Below, piece by piece: positions 11,073 through 18,880 of a DNA stretch of 18,880 bases. The notes under the pieces were generated by a model. The model had not been told where the DNA came from. It saw nothing but the letters and a program-made list of their open reading frames with translations, and searched no databases. The stretch spans positions 1 to 18,880 of the forward strand of contig NW_021824427.1 in assembly GCF_006345805.1 (NCBI RefSeq). Reading direction: 5' to 3'. This DNA is from Octopus sinensis. Its lineage: Eukaryota. Within the stretch, counting starts at the first letter, position 1; each line of letters opens with the position of its first letter. The translations under genes were made by a program, and so were the position numbers.

Positions 11073-11547
11073 CATATATATATATATACACAATCAAATA
11101 CAGGCCCATTCCCTAATTTTAATTTTATTATCTTCATTTATTACTTTTGTTATCCTTGATCGCTAGGGCCAAGGATCCCGGCGATGGCAGCATGTCCAAT
11201 TGTCTGTCCACTAGAAGGCAAGTACTCGTTCCCGCACGCACACTCATTAGCACGTACATACACCCATTCGTACACTCATACACATACACGTACGCACGCG
11301 TTACATTCATACATACAAACATCTACATACGTTCACGTATATACACATACGCACTCGTACCTACAGATTCATGTCTACACTTTAGGAGGCTAGTCTATAT
11401 ATATACACCAATAAATATACATATATATATATATATACACACACACACATATATATACACATATACACATACACACACACACACACATATATATACTCCT
11501 ACATACAGATACATACCCATAATACATATATATATATATACATATAT

Positions 11548-11590
<43 letters not shown>

Positions 11591-11802
11591 CATACACACA
11601 CACACATATATATACACACACATACATACACATATATATACATACACAAACATATATACACACATATATATATATACATATATACACACATACATACACA
11701 CACCTACATACATATACACACAAACACATACATACGTAAACATACATACATACATCCATACATCCATACTTACATGCATTTATACGCATACATACACCCC
11801 CA

Positions 11803-11837
<35 letters not shown>

Positions 11838-11890
11838 TCACACATACATATACAAATATACGCCCACACATACATACATACACGTATACG

Positions 11891-12325
11891 CATACACGCA
11901 CATACACATATACATGCGTACCCATACACGTGCACACACGCACATGCATCCATATATATACACACACACACACATATATATACACGTGTGCAAGCATACA
12001 TACATACTCATACACGCACACATACTTACATATACATATATGCACACACTTACACACATATATACATACACATATACATGCATACATACATATATGCATA
12101 CATACACATACACGCACATACACATATACACATGCGTACCCATACACGTGCACGCACGCACGCGCATCCATATATATACACACACACACATATATATACA
12201 CGTGTGCAAGCATACATACATACTCATACACGCGCACATACTTACATATACATACATGCACACACTTACACACATATATACATACACATATACATGCATA
12301 CATACATATATGCATACATACACAC
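11891..12325. repeat. ~216-218-bp tandem duplication (2 units) within the microsatellite mosaic
   Basis: The marker GCGTACCCATACACGTG occurs at 11916 and 12134, and GTGTGCAAGCATAC and CATACTTACA repeat in register. It is mirrored in the right arm (~16080-16515). Confidence 0.85.
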
Positions 12326-12765
12326 ACGCGCACTCATGTATACATATATATATATATATATATATACATATATACACATATATATATATACACATATATA
12401 CACAAACATATATATACACATATACACATACACATACATGCACACCTACACACACATACACATACACATACATACATATATATATATATATATACACATA
12501 TATACACATATACACATACATATATACACACATACATACATATACATACACACACACATACATATATACACGGATACACATACCCATACATATATATATA
12601 TATATATACACACACACACGTATACACATGCATATACTTATATCTCTACATACTCACATATAAACATATATATATATACACACACACATATATATACATG
12701 TACACACACATACACATATACATACATATATACACATACACACATACATATATATATATATATAC

Positions 12766-12796
<31 letters not shown>

Positions 12797-12831
12797 CATA
12801 TATATATATACATATACCCCCACATATATAC

Positions 12832-12868
<37 letters not shown>

Positions 12869-13795
12869 TACATATACACATATACATGTATACATACGCA
12901 ATAATGATACACATATATACACATACACACACACAGACAGATGCATATACATACATATATATATATAAATTACATATCTATATAAATACATACATAATAC
13001 ACATATACACACACATATATATACATACATATACATACACATATATATACATATATATATATATACATATATATACATACATATACATATATATACACAC
13101 ATACATACACATGCACATACATATACAAATATACATACACATACATACACACACACGCGCGCACATACATATACACACACACATGTACAAATACATACAT
13201 ACACACATACACACACACACATATATATATACATACATGTACACATATACATATATATATATATATCAACAAGGGAGGGTGAAGTTAATTAGTTATTAAT
13301 CAAATTCACCAAGAATTCATTATGTAAAGGGACCATTATTATTTTGAGTAAACAATGTTAGAGGGAAAAAAATTCTCTAAGTAGTGGAAGAGGCTAAAAA
13401 CCTTTATTGGCTGCTATTTCTAGGAAGTTTAGTATGTGGCAAAGTAATTTATTTTATTTTACTAAGCCCTAATTATATAATATTTTATACATACATACAC
13501 ATACAAAAACACATACATTTACACGTATATACACATATACATACAAACACATATACATATATACACACACACACACATACAAGCACATACATATATATAT
13601 ATATATATATTCATATATGCAAACATATATACATATATATATTTTTTTTACATGCATACATACACACACACACACATAATACATGCGTATATTCCTACTG
13701 TACCCATGCATTTCTATACATATATACATACATACGATACACATATACAAGCGTGCACATACAATATGTGAAAGGTCTTAGGAGAAAAGGTAATC

Positions 13796-13845
13796 GGGGG
13801 TGCTAGGGGAACAGTGGGGTTGGGGGGGTTGTAGGGGGGGGGGGG
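13796..13845 (+). other. G-tract cluster with G-quadruplex potential (C-rich on the PLE sense strand), right after the PLE stop codon
   Basis: GGGGG-tgcta-GGGG-aacagt-GGGG-tt-G7-ttgta-G12. Confidence 0.55.
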
Positions 13846-13851
13846 TTTCCA

Positions 13852-15156
13852 TCAATCAGGTTGCCGGGTAGGTCTATAGTTCTTATAGTTCGCATACTTC
13901 TTATGCATGCAATTGGGGAGTGTTCTGAAAATTTGTTAAGGAGAGGGCCTTTGGCGAACAAGATCTCTAGGCTCTCTGATATGCATAGGTCACAGCAGGT
14001 ATGTCCTCCTGTGTACGAGCGCGCCTTCTGTAGTAAGTTTTCCACTGGTCTTGAAGGGGATAGAGTTCCTTTTTAGGTACCAGATGTGGGCGGCGAGGGT
14101 AGTTTGGTTGGATTTATCCTGTCGCCGGAACGAGTGTGTATGTGCGTACCACGGGTCTTAAAGCTGTTTGACGTCATTCCATGTAGGATTTACTTTTATC
14201 GTCAAGGCCTGATCTTACCTCGCATTTATATACTAGGTCCCTCTGTAGGCAGTTGTTGTTGAGGGGGCAGGTGGTTTTATCATGGCAGTTGCAACTGCTA
14301 TCGGACGTTGGATGGGCCCCGGAGAAAGTAGATATGTTAAGTTTTTTCACATTGTTGTTGGCTAGGTTCCTGGCTAGATTGGGCGTGGTAGAGTAGGAGA
14401 GTCTAATAGTGTTCTTATTTAGGATAGTGTAGTACTTATGTTGGGTGGGGAAGTGTTTCTGTAGGAGAGTGAAAAAGATCTTAGCTACAGGTGTAGCGAC
14501 CTCACGGTTGAAGGGGGGGTTGTACCAGCTAATGTGTCTTCGTCTATTTTTCCTGGGTTGGCGTGGGGCTATACTAGTATAGGTAATCTTATCTTTAAAA
14601 CCACTGCGGGCCAGGGCCTCGTTGTAATAGGGGGCTGCGGCTTTAAAGATATCTTCCGTGGCGGACAGGCTAGAGATTCTAATTGAGACACTTTTTACTA
14701 GGTTATCTAATATATTTTTGGGGTGGTTGGAATTGATATCTATATATCTAAGGGATTCATTTGGTTTGTGGTACGGGTAATAAAGTGAGGTTTTTAAGTC
14801 GAGGGTGACATCGAGGAAGTTAGCCTTTGTTAAGTTGGATTCTAGGGTAATCCTAAGGCCTAAGTTTTTAAAGAAGGTGTGAAGGTTTTTCCGGAACCCA
14901 TCCGTGGTCCTGGGGTTTATATTGTGGAGGGCGAAAAGGCCGTCATCTCGGTAAAGACCACCGGAGAGGCCTGTGAATAGGGTTTTCAGCCTATGGAGGA
15001 TGAAAAGGCCCACTAGGTCACTTATTTCAGCAGAGTCGTTAGCACCCATGCTAACGTCGAAGGGGGTCATAGATTTTTTGTTGATCCAGTGGGATCCGTC
15101 ATAGAAAAGAAAAGTCTTACGTGCGTGGAGGATCACATCTTGCTCGGCCTCGGTGA
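13852..15156 (-). pseudogene. Penelope-like element ORF, 5'-truncated: RT (palm/thumb) + CxCx5Cx5C linker + GIY-YIG endonuclease with frameshifts
   Basis: RT motifs: FDVSMGANDSAEISDLVG, GGLYRDDGL, NFLDVTLDL, YHKPN, SNHP. Linker: CNCHDKTTCPLNNNC. The endonuclease was reconstructed across at least four 1-nt frameshifts as LVYKCEV...SY(I)GMTSNSFKTRWYAHTHSF...TTLAAHIWYLK...LLQKARSY...CCDLCISESLEIL...LLNKFSE...CMHKK, with a stop at 13852-13854. The first 54 aa of the supplied ORF 14174-15313 are microsatellite read-through. Confidence 0.92.
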
Positions 15157-15550
15157 TTGATATATATATATATGTATATGTGTACATGTATGTATATATA
15201 TATGTGTGTGTGTGTATGTGTGTATGTATGTATTTGTACATGTGTGTGTGTATATGTATGTGCGCGCGTGTGTGTGTATGTATGTGTATGTATATTTGTA
15301 TATGTATGTGCATGTGTATGTATGTGTGTATATATATGTATATGTATGTATATATATGTATATATATATATATGTATATATATGTGTATTTTTTATGTAT
15401 GATATATATGTGTGTGTATATGTGTATTATGTATGTATTTATATAGATATGTATTTATATATATATGTATGTATATGCATCTGTCTGTGTGTGTGTATGT
15501 GTATATGTGTATCATTAATGCGTATGTATACATGTATATGTGTATATGTA

Positions 15551-15585
<35 letters not shown>

Positions 15586-16569
15586 GTTATATATGTGGGG
15601 GTATATGTATATATATATATGTATATATATATGTATGTATATATATATGTATGTGTATATATATATATGTATGTGTGTATGTGTATATATGTATGTATAT
15701 GTGTATGCGTGTGTACATGTATATATATGTGTGTGTGTATATATATATATTTTATATGTGAGTATGTAGAGATATAAGTATATGCATGTGTATACGTGTG
15801 TGTGTGTATATATATATATATATATGTATGGGTATGTGTATCCGTGTATATATGTATGTGTGTGTGTATGTATATGTATGTATGTGTGTATATATGTATG
15901 TGTATATGTGTATATATGTGTATATATATATATATATATGTATGTATGTGTATGTGTATGTGTGTGTAGGTGTGCATGTATGTGTATGTGTATATGTGTA
16001 TATATATGTTTGTGTATATATGTGTATATATATATATGTGTATATATGTATATATATATATATATATATGTATACATGAGTGCGCGTGTGTGTATGTATG
16101 CATATATGTATGTATGCATGTATATGTGTATGTATATATGTGTGTAAGTGTGTGCATATATGTATATGTAAGTATGTGCGCGTGTATGAGTATGTATGTA
16201 TGCTTGCACACGTGTATATATATGTGTGTGTGTGTATATATATGGATGCGCGTGCGTGCGTGCACGTGTATGGGTACGCATGTGTATATGTGTATGTGCG
16301 TGTATGTGTATGTATGCATATATGTATGTATGCATGTATATGTGTATGTATATATGTGTGTAGTGTGTGCATATATGTATATGTAAGTATTGTTGCGTGT
16401 ATGAGTATGTATGTATGCTTGCACACGTGTATATTGTGTGTGGTGTGTATATATATGGATGCATGTGCGTGTGTGCACGTGTATGGGTACGCATGTATAT
16501 GTGTATGTGCGTGTATGCGTATACGTGTATGTATGTATGGTGGGCGTATATTTGTATATGTATGTGTGA

Positions 16570-16600
<31 letters not shown>

Positions 16601-16816
16601 GATGGGGGTGTATGTATGCGTATAAATGCATGTAAGTATGGATGTATGGATGTATGTATGTATGTGTTACGTATGTATGTGTTTGTGTGTATATGTATGT
16701 AGGTGTGTGTGTATGTGTGTATATATGTATATATATATATGTGTGTATATATGTTTGTGTATGTATATTATGTGTATGTATGTGTGTGTATATATTGTGT
16801 TGTGTGTGTATGTATG

Positions 16817-16852
<36 letters not shown>

Positions 16853-17738
16853 TATATATATGTATATATATTATATGTATTATGGGTATGTATCTGTATG
16901 TAGGAGTATATATATGTGTGTGTGTGTGTGTATGTGTATATGTGTATATATATGTGTGTGGTGTGTATATATATATATATATGTATATTTTTGGTGTATA
17001 TATATAGACTAGCCTCCTAAAGTGTAGACATGAATCTGTAGGTACGAGTGCGTATGTGTATATACGTGAACGTATGTAGATGTTTGTATGTATGAATGTA
17101 ACGCGTGCGTACGTGTATGTGTATGAGTGTACGAATGGGTGTATGTACGTGCTAATGAGTGTGCGTGCGGGAACGAGTACTTGCCTTCTAGTGGACAGAC
17201 AATTGGACATGCTGCCATCGCCGGGATCCTTGGCCCTAGCGATCAAGGATAACAAAAGTATAATGAAGATAATAAAATTAAAATTAGGGAATGGGCCTGT
17301 ATTTGATTGTGTATATATATATATATGTATATATATATATGTATATTAATATATATATATGTATGTATGTGTGTATGCGTAGGTATGTATAGGCACACAT
17401 GTGTACGTATGTGTGTGTGTATTATTGTGTTTATGTATGTATGTGCACACATTTTATTTTTATTTTTTTTTTTTTTTTTTATTTATTTTTTTTTTTTTTA
17501 TTTTTTATTTTTTTTTTTTTTATTATCTATCTTTTCATCTAACTTACCACTGACTCCTTGACCACTCCCCCAAGTATGATATTTTGCGCTATGCCTACCC
17601 CCAAAAAAGTCCCCCACCACCACTCCTTTAAACCTGCCTAAATGTATAAATGCGAAACATTCTGTTAAATAGCTTCCTGAAGATTTCTCTTGAATGAAAC
17701 AGTACTAGTCCTGTAGAAGCTCCTTCTATATAATAAAT
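15157..17738. repeat. Right arm of 2.6-kb inverted repeat
   Basis: Reverse complement of 10635-13269, with small indels that are mostly deletions in this arm. Confidence 0.95.
17671..17721 (+). ncRNA. Type I hammerhead ribozyme motif (right arm)
   Basis: AGCTTCCTGAAGATTTCTCTTGAATGAAACAGTACTAGTCCTGTAGAAGCT, identical to the left-arm copy; predicted cleavage is after A17715. Confidence 0.75.
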
Positions 17739-17805
17739 TAAATTTTACTCTGCTATGTATTGAGTACCTTACTTACTGTGGTTAACCCCGGATCAACCCG
17801 GGACC

Positions 17806-17842
<37 letters not shown>

Positions 17843-17849
<7 letters not shown>

Positions 17850-18482
17850 TAGAAGAAATGAGGTAATCAGAAGATCGGATGGTTCATATTTATAGATATT
17901 TATTTATATATTACATTTTTTACATATATATATATCATATCATTCAGATCATATCATTCAGATTATTAGCGCTTTCTCCCATTCTAGTGGGGTTTCCAAA
18001 TCAAATTAATTCCTTTGTGGGGAATTTGATCATTTTATAGAGTTTCGTAGTAGTGGGGAGGAACAAGACAGTATAAGAGGGTGAGGTGGATGAGGAGGAA
18101 GTGAGAGCGAGAACATGTGTGTATGTGTATGTGTGTGTATGTGTGTGTGTGTGTATGTGTGTGTGTGTGTGTGCGCGTTTGTATCTGAGGCTAAAGACAC
18201 ACACACATACACATACACACATGTTCTCTCTCTCACTTCCTCCTCATCCACCTCACCCTCTTATACTGTCTTGTTCCTCCCCACTACTACAAAACTCTAT
18301 AAAATGATCAAATTCCCCACAAAGGAATTAATTTGATTTGAAAACCCCACTAGAATGGGAGAAAGCGCTAATAATCTGAATGATATGAGATATATATATA
18401 TGTAAAAAATGTAATATATAAATAAATATCTGTAAATATAAACCATCCGATCTTCTGATTACCTCATTTCTTCTAATATATA
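17843..18482. repeat. ~640-bp foldback: arms 17843-18138 and 18199-18482, ~60-nt spacer
   Basis: The arms are reverse complements, differing by five substitutions that I could see, a 14-bp tandem duplication in the left arm (17935-17962) and slight microsatellite length changes. Confidence 0.95.
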
Positions 18483-18550
18483 ATACCTGTACATCATCTC
18501 CAAACCTTCAAATATATATATATATATTTATGCAAACACAAATACTCATA

Positions 18551-18585
<35 letters not shown>

Positions 18586-18586
18586 G

Positions 18587-18617
<31 letters not shown>

Positions 18618-18735
18618 ACAAACACATATATATGTGTGTATGTATATTGATTTAGGCGCAACAGAATGTCTTCTCTTGCTACCACAATGTCATCTCAGGT
18701 TGAAACAAAGATTAATACGTTTCTGTTTGAATAAT

Positions 18736-18880
18736 GTGGCTACGTCTTAAGAAGAGTGCTTCTCAACCACATAGTACCGTGTTCGCCCCCCCCCCTGCGT
18801 GGCACCTTGGCATGTGACTTTACTATAGCCACGTGCTGACCAAAGCCTTGTGAGTGGATGTGGTAATTTCGCAAGGAAAC
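18736..18880 (+). mobile_element. Diverged tRNA-derived SINE (different family), running off the window end
   Basis: A-box-like GTGGCTACGTC and B-box-like GTGTTCGCCCC are followed by CTGCGTGGCACCTTGG...TACTATAGCC...GACCAAAGCCTTGTGAGTGGAT, which matches an octopus SINE as I recall it. Confidence 0.65.

Larger units (their letters stand above)
10635..13269. repeat. Left arm of 2.6-kb inverted repeat
   Basis: Reverse complement of 15157-17738, including the unique islands at 10635-10850 and ~11092-11400 and the microsatellite mosaic. Confidence 0.95.
10635..17738 (-). mobile_element. Penelope-like retroelement complex: 5'-truncated ORF plus long 3' region, with an inverted copy of the 3' region joined at the truncation point
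   Basis: A PLE RT + GIY-YIG frame lies in the 1.9-kb spacer between ~2.6-kb inverted arms, and each arm ends outward in a hammerhead motif. The left end abuts (TA)n. Inverted pseudo-LTR structures are established for PLEs. Confidence 0.75.

Noticed and set aside
11147-13299. Long ORFs (585, 326, 249 aa etc.) and their mirror ORFs at 15393-17255
   Set aside because: These are translations of TA/CA microsatellite (Y/I/H/T or M/C/V/Y), which lacks stops in several frames; open on both strands with no domain signal.
14174-14176. In-frame TGA in the PLE ORF as possible selenocysteine (as in some Naiad PLEs)
   Set aside because: The TGA arises from a 1-nt deletion inside the YIG motif (TAC AT- GGA ATG) and is not at a cysteine position. 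The ATGA...AA...GA stretch at ~17262-17308 pairs too poorly to be a SECIS.
10635-17738. Large inverted repeat as the TIRs of a DNA transposon (e.g. Polinton or foldback)
   Set aside because: The spacer encodes a PLE RT/GIY-YIG truncated exactly at the arm, no transposase or integrase is present, the arms end in hammerheads, and no target-site duplication is discernible.
17843-18482. Four of five arm differences are A/G-type transitions, suggesting ADAR editing before retrotransposition
   Set aside because: Too few sites, in mixed directions, and transitions dominate neutral mutation anyway.
1-18880. CRISPR arrays, rRNA or bona fide tRNA genes
   Set aside because: No repeat-spacer periodicity or rRNA similarity was seen; the Pol III box-like motifs belong to SINE heads and do not fold into cloverleaves.

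Overview
An AT-rich, microsatellite-dense eukaryotic window with no recognisable host gene. The tRNA-derived SINE families look like ones I recall from octopod cephalopod genomes; this is an inference and was not searched. Nearly all supplied ORFs are translations of microsatellites. The dominant structure is a ~7.1-kb Penelope-like retroelement (PLE) complex at 10635-17738. It consists of a 5'-truncated RT + C-terminal GIY-YIG reading frame on the minus strand (15156->13852), flanked by two ~2.6-kb inverted arms. The arms are mostly TA/CA microsatellite mosaic, and each carries an identical 51-nt type I hammerhead ribozyme motif near its outer end, so two 3' ends point outward head-to-head. 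A second, perfect-looking ~640-bp foldback (17843-18482) follows about 100 bp later. Elsewhere there is a decayed minimal hammerhead with a giant stem II (804-942) and an older fossil PLE of the same type (~7240-7540). The window also holds 3' fragments of an R4/Dong-like LINE (RLE domain) and a CR1-like LINE, a Tigger/pogo-like MITE complex with a nested SINE, and several other SINE copies. The right arm and the endonuclease region show deletion-biased small indels that may be sequencing or assembly error, so the large inverted repeat needs read-level confirmation.
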